Virus record (IMG/VR): IMGVR_UViG_3300032318_001756
Coordinates: 1-35,113 of that record
Source of the DNA: a virus
Taxonomy: Duplodnaviria; Caudoviricetes
DNA length: 35,113 nt
Direction: 5' to 3' (one strand)
The notes under the pieces were generated by a model, which did not search any database, was not told the origin of the DNA, and saw only the letters and a list, made by a program, of their open reading frames with translations. Both the position numbers and the translations under genes were made by a program. Positions 8,952-17,754 of this stretch are shown here, in pieces. How positions within the stretch are numbered: position 1 is the stretch's first letter; every line of letters starts with the position of its first letter.

Positions 8952-9914
8952 TTAGTTATTTCTACGCCAATTTCTAGAAACTCTGTTAGGAAGTTCGTAC
9001 ATGTTAAACCTGTTAAGGTCTTGTTTGATTCTTCTCTGTTTAGCCCAAACATCTTGCTTCTTAATCTCAATATCAGCCATGATGAATGCCTCTTCAGAGA
9101 GCTGCTTGTAATATCCAAGCTTCTTCTGAAGTTGGTCAAAGGTTTCATCATTTATCTGATTAGCAAGTGTTTCAAACACTTTGTATTTAATGAATGCTTC
9201 AATATATTCTCTTATACGGAAGTTGTCAGGAACCATTTGATTACCGCTTCCATCAAACTCATAGGCATAGAAAATAAGATGTACAATTCCATTTCTGAAA
9301 TTGGTTACAAACTTATTGTCTCTAATGTCAAAGCTATCATATCCTGCACTTCCGGGAGTGAATTCATGTAATAGAGGATTTGTAGGTGTGAATCTCCATG
9401 CATCTGTATAATCCACATCACACTTATTCCTTGCAGAAATGTTTCCCGGCTTAAGCAAATATGACTTCTTATATGATCTTGTCATCTGATGATTGGTCTT
9501 ATACACAGCCTGAATTAAATCAGGCATACATGTACAATTATCAGGAGGACAATTAGATGTGCAAGGAACGCCATTTGAAATGACAGGACTCACCTGAATG
9601 GTGTTCTCTGTTGCTGCTTGAGAATAGAATGAGTTAGCTGTCTGATAGGGATATTGAGGAATCTCTGTACACATCCATGCTTCTCTTACAGCATAGAAGT
9701 TATCAGGAAGCCTTGCCTCAAAGTCTTGAATCTCAAGAGGTGTTTCAGAGATGACATAAGTGGTTCTTCCCAACTTTCTCAGACATTTGTCAAGATAGGT
9801 GGGGAACATTAAATCATCAACAGCTCCTGTGTCAAAGTAGCTTTTAAGCTCTTCCTTGACAGTGGAATACACCATCTCAGGACTGATGAAATCATATTTA
9901 AAATAGTATGACAT
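8952..9914 (-). CDS. Tail tubular / ring protein (crAss Ttub-like)
   Basis: 320 aa immediately upstream of the stabilisation gene; LPDNFYAV and VPDNFRIREYIEAFI motifs; conserved crAss-like gene order. Confidence 0.7.
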   Translation of the reverse strand: MSYYFKYDFISPEMVYSTVKEELKSYFDTGAVDDLMFPTYLDKCLRKLGRTTYVISETPLEIQDFEARLPDNFYAVREAWMCTEIPQYPYQTANSFYSQAATENTIQVSPVISNGVPCTSNCPPDNCTCMPDLIQAVYKTNHQMTRSYKKSYLLKPGNISARNKCDVDYTDAWRFTPTNPLLHEFTPGSAGYDSFDIRDNKFVTNFRNGIVHLIFYAYEFDGSGNQMVPDNFRIREYIEAFIKYKVFETLANQINDETFDQLQKKLGYYKQLSEEAFIMADIEIKKQDVWAKQRRIKQDLNRFNMYELPNRVSRNWRRNN

Positions 9915-9917
9915 GTT

Positions 9918-10394
9918 TTAGATTTTCCAAGTGCGATAAATGTGTTGATATTTATCGTTGGTTTGGATGTAATGAGCTAAGAGTCTTGATGTCACTCTTG
10001 TAGGCTTGAAATACCAAAGGTCACTATGCTTGAATCTGGTTGATTCTTTAAACCACACCCAACCAAAGAAATAGCCCTCAGTATGATAGTTGAAATTATA
10101 AATGATCTTCCCTTTCTCTTTGGTCTTTTTCCAATCAACAGCAAGATTGATGAATTTGTCATTAGGACCTTTCATCTTTCTTCTCTTTTTCTTGTTGACG
10201 GTAAACTCTCCAAGTCCGTAGGGAAGTTTTGCTTTTTCTCCAGTTTCAAGTATGTAGTTTCTGAAACTGTCGTTAAATGAGTAGAGAATGTTTCTCCACT
10301 CGTCAAATGTAAGAGATATAGAAGGATGTTTCTTACAAAAGTCGTTATAGTTCTCTCTGCTTGCTGTTCTAAATTCTATCGCTCTCCTCGGCAT
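9918..10394 (-). CDS. IHF/HU-like DNA-binding protein (crAss-type)
   Basis: Basic 158-aa protein from the ATG at 10394 (the track starts at an upstream TTG); KAKLPYGLGEFTVNKKK and VDWKKTKE...NYHTEGY motifs; lies between ring genes as in crAss-like phages. Confidence 0.65.
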   Translation of the reverse strand: MPRRAIEFRTASRENYNDFCKKHPSISLTFDEWRNILYSFNDSFRNYILETGEKAKLPYGLGEFTVNKKKRRKMKGPNDKFINLAVDWKKTKEKGKIIYNFNYHTEGYFFGWVWFKESTRFKHSDLWYFKPTRVTSRLLAHYIQTNDKYQHIYRTWKI

Positions 10395-10396
10395 AA

Positions 10397-11125
10397 TCAA
10401 CTTCCATTAGGTGCATTTGCAGCCTGACCATCTAGATTATTTTGTGTCATATCTTCCTTCACTCTGAAGTATGTGTTAAGAAGCTTCTGTGATACAAGCT
10501 CCAACACCTGCTTCTCCAAATATCCCGGACATGCATATTCTTTGTCAAGAGGGTTTTTACACTTCTCTGTAACATCAACATTTTGAGAGCAGCTGCAATT
10601 CTCAGGATAGAGAATTTCATTGGGCACATCCTGCTCAAAGTATGCAGCAATCCTTATAGCTCTCAGCAGAGGATTGGTTACATACAAATACCCATTCATT
10701 ATCCAGTAATAGGTTTCGTTCTTGATTACAGGAAGTTTAAGGAGATTGACATATCTATTCACTGTAATCTCCTTGAATTTCTTTCCTACCCCACCCATTG
10801 CATTAATTGAATAAACTCCCTGAATTAGATATTGGTAATTACCTTCTGCTATTCTAGGAATTTTGAATTTTGTTCTTGCAATTCTACATTCATCTACATA
10901 CTCACAGCATTCAGAAATAGGCACTTCTTCTAATTCCAAACAAGGAATAGTGGTGAAGATGGTGGACGTAGCCCAAAGTTTTCTCAGATTGGTTTCCCTC
11001 TTGACAAGCAAGAGAGTGCTGTTCTTAATCTCAGAAGCAATAGTTCTGTCTGTGATCAAGTTATCAGTAGAGAGAAGTCTATGTGTGCTTCTTACATCAC
11101 TTACCAATTTTCTGAGCGTAGCCAT
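10397..11125 (-). CDS. Putative tail ring protein
   Basis: 242 aa; TLRKLVSDV start, YYWIMNGYLYV and C-terminal EDMTQNNLD resemble crAss-like ring proteins; synteny. Confidence 0.55.
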   Translation of the reverse strand: MATLRKLVSDVRSTHRLLSTDNLITDRTIASEIKNSTLLLVKRETNLRKLWATSTIFTTIPCLELEEVPISECCEYVDECRIARTKFKIPRIAEGNYQYLIQGVYSINAMGGVGKKFKEITVNRYVNLLKLPVIKNETYYWIMNGYLYVTNPLLRAIRIAAYFEQDVPNEILYPENCSCSQNVDVTEKCKNPLDKEYACPGYLEKQVLELVSQKLLNTYFRVKEDMTQNNLDGQAANAPNGS

Positions 11126-12378
11126 TATAAATACTGTTTGTATATGTTTGTCATTCCATCTATTTCATCAATAAGGAATGCTGTCACTTCACCTTTCACA
11201 CATGTATATCCTTTTCTACTATCCCAACTACTTTTTGCATTTGAGAATGCAGGGATTTGATAAAACTTAATACCGTTAATTGACTGCGTAACCTCATGAT
11301 GCCTGTCTCCTGTAAATACATAGAAATATTCATGATTTGACCATTCATCTTTGTATTCCATAGGAAATACTGTTGCCAAAGATTGAGCCTTCATTACATC
11401 TCCATGATTGAACATCATTGCTGTGTTCCCATAGCTTACATACTTTCTGTAAGCAGGAGATGTATCAAACATCACTCTTGGTTCATCTCTGTAATATGCC
11501 TCAAGCCAGTTTATCAAATGCCACCCTACATATTCATCATGGTTTCCGGGAATATAAATCACGTCCACCACTTGAGACATTTCTAATAGTTTGTCAATTA
11601 TTCTTGTTTCATGATTACATATCAGTTCAAATGATTTATGATATGTAAGAATGTTATCTTGAGGAGTGCCTTTAGTAGTGGTATTAGTAAACTCACTATT
11701 AAACTCGTCAGATCCTATGATGTAAATTGACTTTGCCAAATATCCTGCAATTGCTGCTTGATTAATGATGGTGGTGAGTTTCACATCCACTCTCCTAAAC
11801 CTATCAACAATTGAATTGTCGCCATCTATATCAAACTTATTGTAATGAGCATCTTGTTTGTTGATTACAAGACAAACATCATTTTCAAAGAATTCTCTTT
11901 TAGCAGGAGCAGCAATCACTGCTTTATTTGGTTGGTAGTTTTTAAGGAAGTCAATAAATGATTCTTGGTATAGATTTTCATCTGTTTTTTTTGTCAACCA
12001 AGCTTTCACTTGCCAATGAGGACTGTTGCTGTTTCCCCAGTAGTTCTGAACATATTTTGCAATCTCCCATTTAGAAGTGTCTATTCTGCATTTTTCAATC
12101 AGCTCATCAAGAGTTTTGATTTCATTATTGCATTTCAACACAACTTCTCCTGTACCTTTCTTTAAGTCTTCCTCAAACTTCAGAATGACATCTTCAAGTT
12201 CTCCTACATATGCAGCAACTTCTGCGTCTTTTCTTATATCTTCGCTTTCTTGTAATTGCTTCATTAGTCTTTTAATCTCCTTCTCAGAGATGCCGAGTTT
12301 ATCAGCATAAAATGATTTTGACTTCTTCCAGCCTATCATTTTTCTGAGACTTTCTAAAAGATGTTGATTATCAGACAT
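11125..12378 (-). CDS. Calcineurin-like metallophosphoesterase with N-terminal HTH-like segment
   Basis: Metal-binding motifs in order: QDAH, GSDEFN, PGNHD, HGD, GDRHH; N-terminal YADKLGISEKEIKRL helix-turn-helix-like segment. Confidence 0.8.
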   Translation of the reverse strand: MSDNQHLLESLRKMIGWKKSKSFYADKLGISEKEIKRLMKQLQESEDIRKDAEVAAYVGELEDVILKFEEDLKKGTGEVVLKCNNEIKTLDELIEKCRIDTSKWEIAKYVQNYWGNSNSPHWQVKAWLTKKTDENLYQESFIDFLKNYQPNKAVIAAPAKREFFENDVCLVINKQDAHYNKFDIDGDNSIVDRFRRVDVKLTTIINQAAIAGYLAKSIYIIGSDEFNSEFTNTTTKGTPQDNILTYHKSFELICNHETRIIDKLLEMSQVVDVIYIPGNHDEYVGWHLINWLEAYYRDEPRVMFDTSPAYRKYVSYGNTAMMFNHGDVMKAQSLATVFPMEYKDEWSNHEYFYVFTGDRHHEVTQSINGIKFYQIPAFSNAKSSWDSRKGYTCVKGEVTAFLIDEIDGMTNIYKQYL

Positions 12379-12407
12379 TTAGAAGTTTTTAAAAAATAAA
12401 ATTGGCG

Positions 12408-12439
12408 TGAAGATATAAAACGTTTTCCATATATCCAAA
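12408..12439 (-). promoter_or_regulatory. Candidate Bacteroidota sigma-type promoter for the phosphoesterase/tail operon
   Basis: On the minus strand TTTG - 20 nt - TATCTTCA (consensus TTTG-N19-21-TAnnTTTG), just downstream of a terminator. Confidence 0.45.
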
Positions 12440-12481
12440 TTAATTTAACTAACTTTATTATATACTATAATCTACATAATT

Positions 12482-12510
12482 AAAAACCCCCAGTATAGAA
12501 ATACCGGGGG
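12482..12510 (-). terminator. Rho-independent terminator after the fibre gene
   Basis: CCCCCAGTAT-AGAA-ATACCGGGGG hairpin with A5 on + (U-tract on the minus-strand transcript). Confidence 0.75.
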
Positions 12511-12557
12511 AAAACTTTTACAAAACCAACAAAAGTAAAAGCTTTTTCATATTGTGT

Positions 12558-13673
12558 TTAAGGTATGTATATAATGTAGTAAGCACCCATCATTGGTTGA
12601 TTGTTACTATGAGGCTGTCCTCCTCCTGTGTCAGAAATAGTATGCGTGTGTGTAGGGTCAGTAAGAGTGACATTAAGACCACTGGGATTGGTAAATGCAG
12701 TGCCTAGTCCTTGTGTAGAGTTGAATGTAGGATATACAGGAGATCCATTAGGAGCTTCTGATTGAGAAGACGTACCTGTAATTGATTCTGTAATTCCTGT
12801 AGCAGAATTTGCAGCTGTATGGTTGTGAGAAGGAATCTGAGCAGTGGTGAGAGTGATGGAATTAGTTCCTTGCTTTGTTCCTAAAGAATAACTAGGATTA
12901 AATGCAGAAGGAATAACATTAGTGTCCATTGTGGGACCACCCATTGTACCATCAGTTGTACCCACTGTAGACCTACCACGAAGGTCAGGAGTGAAGTTCA
13001 ATCCATTACATAGGTATATCTTTTCCCAATATCCTATACCTGCACCTGTGAGACTAAGAGCATCTCCTGTAGCAGGATAGTTGCTCAATTGTCCAAAATA
13101 AGGCATTGCTACATAAGGAACCATTTTGGTGTAAGCCTTGTTAGCAGGAGCCTGTGTTGCAAGATAGGCAGCAATGTATGTATTGATGTCAGCTATCTTT
13201 ACATAATTATTATTTACATTAAGAATCAATGCTGTAAGACTTGTATCAACAGCACATAGCTTTGTAATAATAGCTTGCACAATCTGATGGGTATCAGAAG
13301 ATGCAGTGACACCTGTAAGACATCCAATTGTATAATCAGCATTAAGAGCTGTAATATCAGCCTTGACAGCATCCACTTGTGTCTGAAGATCACAAATAGC
13401 CTTAATCAGTGCAATGATGAGTTCATCAAGCTGATAACTAGGACATATAGGAAGATGCTTCTTAATAAGATCACAGATGACGCTCTGTGGTACATCAATT
13501 ATAATTCCAGTGCCATCAAGTGTAGAAATAATAAACTTTGCCAATTGCTCTTCTACATGCAGAAGAGTGTCTCCATATGATATACCAAGTGCAGGGATAT
13601 CTGCTCCTGTGTATTTCACACATTTGTCAGATGTTATCTCTGCACAGCCATTGAAGCAGTTTGAGCAGGACAT
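12558..13673 (-). CDS. Tail fibre protein with tail-collar domain
   Basis: YLCNGLNFTPDLRGRSTVG collar motif, SITLTTAQIPSHNH, THTHT and TGGGQPHSNNQP...YYIIYIP tip; Cys-rich N-terminus and coiled-coil middle. Confidence 0.8.
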   Translation of the reverse strand: MSCSNCFNGCAEITSDKCVKYTGADIPALGISYGDTLLHVEEQLAKFIISTLDGTGIIIDVPQSVICDLIKKHLPICPSYQLDELIIALIKAICDLQTQVDAVKADITALNADYTIGCLTGVTASSDTHQIVQAIITKLCAVDTSLTALILNVNNNYVKIADINTYIAAYLATQAPANKAYTKMVPYVAMPYFGQLSNYPATGDALSLTGAGIGYWEKIYLCNGLNFTPDLRGRSTVGTTDGTMGGPTMDTNVIPSAFNPSYSLGTKQGTNSITLTTAQIPSHNHTAANSATGITESITGTSSQSEAPNGSPVYPTFNSTQGLGTAFTNPSGLNVTLTDPTHTHTISDTGGGQPHSNNQPMMGAYYIIYIP

Positions 13674-13681
13674 TTTTACGA

Positions 13682-13948
13682 TTATTTATGAATTAACAAT
13701 TTTACCTTGCTTGCAATCTGTTTTACTGTAAAACAAGATGCATAGTCAGGATTACAATACTTAAAAAGAAGGATGCGCTTGTAATTAAGCAAATCCTTAA
13801 TAATGTCTCCCTTAATTGTCTTGTTTAGAGAGAATACGATATTGTTGAATTCTCGTTGAGCAAGCTCTCTGAGTTTACAGTCAATATCATTGAGAAGTGC
13901 AGGAATACTAGCACACTCAACACAATTTGTAAGCCTTGGAGATAACAT
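13682..13948 (-). CDS. Small virion protein (possible tail hub subunit)
   Basis: 88 aa, co-oriented and coupled to its neighbours; function inferred from synteny only. Confidence 0.55.
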   Translation of the reverse strand: MLSPRLTNCVECASIPALLNDIDCKLRELAQREFNNIVFSLNKTIKGDIIKDLLNYKRILLFKYCNPDYASCFTVKQIASKVKLLIHK

Positions 13949-14060
13949 TTCTTATCCTGTTTGTTGTTTGTTTTATAGCAGCATTACAAGCAGAACATAG
14001 TCCATTTATAAGCTGACATCCGCACCCTACACTAGTGCCACATTTAGAACAACGTGCCAT
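13917..14060 (-). CDS. Small Cys-rich protein (47 aa)
   Basis: ATG at 14060, 2 nt after the upstream stop: MARCSKCGTSVGCGCQLINGLCSAC...; CxxC, CxC and CxxC motifs. Confidence 0.65.
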   Translation of the reverse strand: MARCSKCGTSVGCGCQLINGLCSACNAAIKQTTNRIRNVISKAYKLC

Positions 14061-14062
14061 AA

Positions 14063-14611
14063 TTAACAATTGTAATAAGCTGTAACTGTATAATTGTTTC
14101 CTGTGCATCCACATCCATCAGAAGAGAAGTTTCTTAACATTCTTGCTGCCTGATCATACAACGTATTTGCTGTATCCACTGCACAGTTGTTAGCTGCTGC
14201 AATAGATCCTTGGATGAAGTAGTATATGCTGTCCAATGCAACCTTTTGTTGCTTCTTGATAGCCAAATCACATTCCATCATGTCAAGCTTCATGAAAGCA
14301 TTGTCAAATTTCTCCTGCAACTGATCCACTCTCATTATTGTCTTTGTAACAGATTCTGTAGATGTGTTGTACGTTAGGGTGTACACACCATCAGGAATAG
14401 GTAAAGTGTCTACACCTACAGCTGTTAGTTCAAGATTTGTAGAATTAAAGAGATTGATCTGATTAGGAGAGAATACAATAGTGACAGGGTCAAATCCCGG
14501 AACTGTAATGTCTATTTCTGGAGTAACAGGAGCAACAGAATATACAGAAGCATCCACCACAGCCATTGTGTATGTACTATATGTAGGAACCACTAATATA
14601 TCTAGAGCCAT
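14063..14611 (-). CDS. Virion protein (possible tail hub subunit)
   Basis: Likely start ATG at 14611 (MALDILVV); Ig-like N-terminal half with LPIPDGVYTLTY, helical C-terminal half; synteny. Confidence 0.6.
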   Translation of the reverse strand: MALDILVVPTYSTYTMAVVDASVYSVAPVTPEIDITVPGFDPVTIVFSPNQINLFNSTNLELTAVGVDTLPIPDGVYTLTYNTSTESVTKTIMRVDQLQEKFDNAFMKLDMMECDLAIKKQQKVALDSIYYFIQGSIAAANNCAVDTANTLYDQAARMLRNFSSDGCGCTGNNYTVTAYYNC

Positions 14612-14622
14612 ATTATTCAATT

Positions 14623-14667
14623 AAAAAAGCCAGAGGATTTGAGAAGTCCTCTCTTACCCTCTGGCTT
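14623..14667 (-). terminator. Terminator after the auxiliary capsid-like gene
   Basis: AAGCCAGAGG...CCTCTGGCTT inverted repeat with A6 on +. Confidence 0.75.
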
Positions 14668-14691
14668 AGGTTAATGTTAAGGTATGCTGTC

Positions 14692-15855
14692 TTACGGAAT
14701 CAGCGTAGAAGTTGTAGAAGTGGTGGGCCACACAGTAGTCGTGGTAGACGTAGTAGTGAGACATGTGTTGTCAGCATCTACAGTACCAAGAGCTGCTTCA
14801 AGAACTGTTTCAATACCTGCGGTGAGCGCAGTGGGAGTAGCAATGATCACCATGCTGTCTTCCTGAATATAATCACCCCACTGATAAGCAGATCTGTCGT
14901 AATTATTGAACTTGATGTAGAAAGTGTCATAAGTAACACCATCACTCACCCAAGATTCAAAGTTAGCATTGTAACCTGCCATCCTGTAGAGATGCTTCAG
15001 GTAACCAGCCTGATAGCTGTAGTAGTTCTTCTCAAGCTGACGAATTTCATCAGGAGTACCTGCAACATAAGAAGCACGTTGGGTAACTTGAGCATTAGCT
15101 ACAATATCACAAGCATCATCTACGATGAAATCAGCAGTGGTAGCCGGGCCTTTGTAAACAAAGGTGCGGAAATACATGCGGTCATACTCGTAGGGGAAAG
15201 CAGCAACATCGCAAGGCTGACCATATCTAGTGAGAGGTTTACCAGAGATGCGAAGAATAGCACTTGCATTGTTACCAATTCTTTGGAACTGATAGAAGTC
15301 ATTGAAGTTAATGTTGTCAGGGTTGTTACCCGGAGCTGCTTGAGTGAGCTTCAGAATGAAAGCATCAATCAGAGCAGGAACATTAACATCAGTGCAAACA
15401 TCACCACCACACTCGCAGCAAGGAGCTTGAACAGTCACTGAGCGAGTGAAGCCATTGAAGTACAGAGTGTCCAGATAGGAAGAGTGAGCACGGAGGGTCA
15501 GCGTTACCACTTCACCACACTTTACACTCCAACCACTAACATCAGTCACCTGATTTACAGGTGTAGGGCAACCTGCCACTTTGTACCACTCAGTTACATT
15601 AGTGCGACAACCGGGGTTAGTACCTGCACAACCAGCAATCTTGTCAGACCTTTTAGAGCCTTGGAGATATGTGTTTGTCCTACCTTGAGCAATGTAGAAA
15701 TAGGGCTTTCCAGTGATGTTACCTGCCGTAGCAACGGAATAATCACTTCTGAAAATACCAAACTGTCCAGCAGCCAAATCCTGCGTAGAACCTGAGCTAG
15801 GTAGGCTGTTTCCTACAGGTACTACAAAGACAGTAGTTAAAGAAAAATCTGCCAT
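14692..15855 (-). CDS. Abundant structural protein, probably auxiliary capsid protein, with Thr-rich C-terminal tail
   Basis: 387 aa; codon bias similar to the MCP; followed by a terminator; position matches the crAss-like auxiliary capsid gene; ends CLTTTSTTTTVWPTTSTTSTLIP. Confidence 0.6.
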   Translation of the reverse strand: MADFSLTTVFVVPVGNSLPSSGSTQDLAAGQFGIFRSDYSVATAGNITGKPYFYIAQGRTNTYLQGSKRSDKIAGCAGTNPGCRTNVTEWYKVAGCPTPVNQVTDVSGWSVKCGEVVTLTLRAHSSYLDTLYFNGFTRSVTVQAPCCECGGDVCTDVNVPALIDAFILKLTQAAPGNNPDNINFNDFYQFQRIGNNASAILRISGKPLTRYGQPCDVAAFPYEYDRMYFRTFVYKGPATTADFIVDDACDIVANAQVTQRASYVAGTPDEIRQLEKNYYSYQAGYLKHLYRMAGYNANFESWVSDGVTYDTFYIKFNNYDRSAYQWGDYIQEDSMVIIATPTALTAGIETVLEAALGTVDADNTCLTTTSTTTTVWPTTSTTSTLIP

Positions 15856-15883
15856 TTTGTTTTATTTTAAATTGTTAAAATGC

Positions 15884-16615
15884 TTATTCGTTTGTCTGTA
15901 TTCTCATTGCTGAAGATTGTACAGCAGACATGTTTTCGGTGTACATTGCAAGGTTTTGGACAGTGAGATCAAGAAGTTCATCTTCTAAATATTCCTCTAG
16001 TTCACAGTCTTGATTGATGGAATCACTACCATCAAACTTTACATATCCTTCTTTATCAATATAAATAGGATATCGCATGTAGGCTACATACACTTCTTTT
16101 GGAATAAATGTACCATCTGTAAACACACTCATTTCATCAGAGGAGATGTAATTAAATGTCTCTTGATATTCAAATGAGGGCTTGTAATGATCATTATTCA
16201 AAAGCAAGCTTGTGTCACCATGTTTTGCAAGCTCCTTATTTATCCATATCACCCTATTCTTACATTCTCCTTTGTCAGCTAACATGTAGCTGTCAATGTA
16301 GAACATGTATTTAGGTGAAAGTTTGTCTAAATATACCACCCATTGATTAAGATGTTTGTCCCTTATTGTAGGAACAAGATATTGATTTGAATAGCTTTGA
16401 ATAAGTTTCTGCAAATCTTCATACCTCTTTTTAAAGGCATCAAGTCCCATACCACTTACGGTACTAAAACCATCAACCTTCTGCTTAATCAACTTCAACT
16501 GGGCTTCATTCAACGCAAGGATTTTATCCTCCAATTGAATCTCCTGATGATCATTGGTCGATAGTTTATTTAGTCTTTGATCAATCTTGTACAATAAACT
16601 ATCTACTGATATCAT
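15884..16615 (-). CDS. Conserved crAss-like structural protein (gene-74-like ring protein)
   Basis: 243 aa; EDKILALNEAQ, YMRYP and CELEEYLEDELLDLTV motifs; second gene after the MCP. Confidence 0.6.
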   Translation of the reverse strand: MISVDSLLYKIDQRLNKLSTNDHQEIQLEDKILALNEAQLKLIKQKVDGFSTVSGMGLDAFKKRYEDLQKLIQSYSNQYLVPTIRDKHLNQWVVYLDKLSPKYMFYIDSYMLADKGECKNRVIWINKELAKHGDTSLLLNNDHYKPSFEYQETFNYISSDEMSVFTDGTFIPKEVYVAYMRYPIYIDKEGYVKFDGSDSINQDCELEEYLEDELLDLTVQNLAMYTENMSAVQSSAMRIQTNE

Positions 16616-17577
16616 ACAGCTGCCAGTTTTTTAGCTTTTAATTTTTGTTCAAGGGTGATGAGATCATCTTGATGTTCATCGTCAGCCAAGTATTTAATCA
16701 AGGCTTCTTCGTCTACAGCTACCTCATATTCACCCTCGTATATTCTACCACTATTTCTCACTCTGTATATAGAATGTTGAATAGCTTGTTTCACTACGTC
16801 TTTAATGTGCAAAAGGTTCTCTTTCATGTCTGCAAACCTCTCAAACACTTCCACTGTGGAAAGTCCTTGATACTTACCACTCTTGAATTCTGTTTGCTTG
16901 AGAAGGTTGTCCACTTGAACATATACAGCTTCTTCTTTGCTGTCATCTGTTACAGGGAGACCAAGCATCCTTGCAATCTTTCTCTTCTTTTCAGGAGTCA
17001 TACTGTCAAACTTGACAATGCACTTGTTAATCCTTTGCTTCTTCTTGAATGTCACTTGGTTCTCAATATCCTCATCTGCTACATAATATTGTGTTTCAGC
17101 AGGAAATTCACCTCTTTCCCAAGATTGATAGGAACTAGCAATAGTGGGGTGTACACGCAACCAAGCAAAAGCAAGTTCTTGAAGAGGAATGCTCAAATCG
17201 AAATAGTTATCTCCATCAAGAAGTTTTACAGGTTGTACATGCAATACATCTTCTGTAGATGTAGCAAGTGCAGAGTTCCAAAACTTAGAACGAGAACCAA
17301 GATCAATATTGAGAGCTGTTTCCAGTTTCTCCTTGAGCTTTGTCACTCTTTCAATCTCAATTTCTCTTTCTGTAGGATCACCAATTCTTCTGATGTACAT
17401 AGCATTAGGATCTAAGCCTGTGCGATATTGTCCATCAAGTTCCTTGTAGGGATACTTGAAAACACCTGTACCCGGAATCCTTGTCATTCCTTTCTGAGAA
17501 AGACCTTGCTGCATAGTCTGAAGACCTGTACTAGAATAGTCCTTCTTAATCGTAGAGATTTTCCCTATTTTGCCCAT
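16612..17577 (-). CDS. Conserved crAss-like protein (gene-75-like)
   Basis: 321 aa directly downstream of the MCP; FDLSIPLQELAFAWL...HPTIASS; synteny. Confidence 0.6.
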   Translation of the reverse strand: MGKIGKISTIKKDYSSTGLQTMQQGLSQKGMTRIPGTGVFKYPYKELDGQYRTGLDPNAMYIRRIGDPTEREIEIERVTKLKEKLETALNIDLGSRSKFWNSALATSTEDVLHVQPVKLLDGDNYFDLSIPLQELAFAWLRVHPTIASSYQSWERGEFPAETQYYVADEDIENQVTFKKKQRINKCIVKFDSMTPEKKRKIARMLGLPVTDDSKEEAVYVQVDNLLKQTEFKSGKYQGLSTVEVFERFADMKENLLHIKDVVKQAIQHSIYRVRNSGRIYEGEYEVAVDEEALIKYLADDEHQDDLITLEQKLKAKKLAAV

Positions 17578-17606
17578 TATTTAGTTGTTTAATTGTTTGG
17601 TTTATT

Positions 17607-17745
17607 TGCAGAGTGTTGTCATCAAAAACAGTGCTCTTAGACATCTAATCTAACACACACACTCTGTAGTTTGAGGAGAGCCCTCCGTGGTAGGAAGGGT
17701 GGAGAGCTCTCCTCGGTAGGAATAATTAGTCTAGGAATTTCCTAG
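17607..17745 (-). promoter_or_regulatory. Three stem-loops in the MCP 3' intergenic region
   Basis: CAGAGTGT...ACACTCTG, GAGGAGAGC...GCTCTCCTC and CTAGGAA-T-TTCCTAG inverted repeats. Confidence 0.6.
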
Positions 17746-17754
17746 AGGGGTTCT

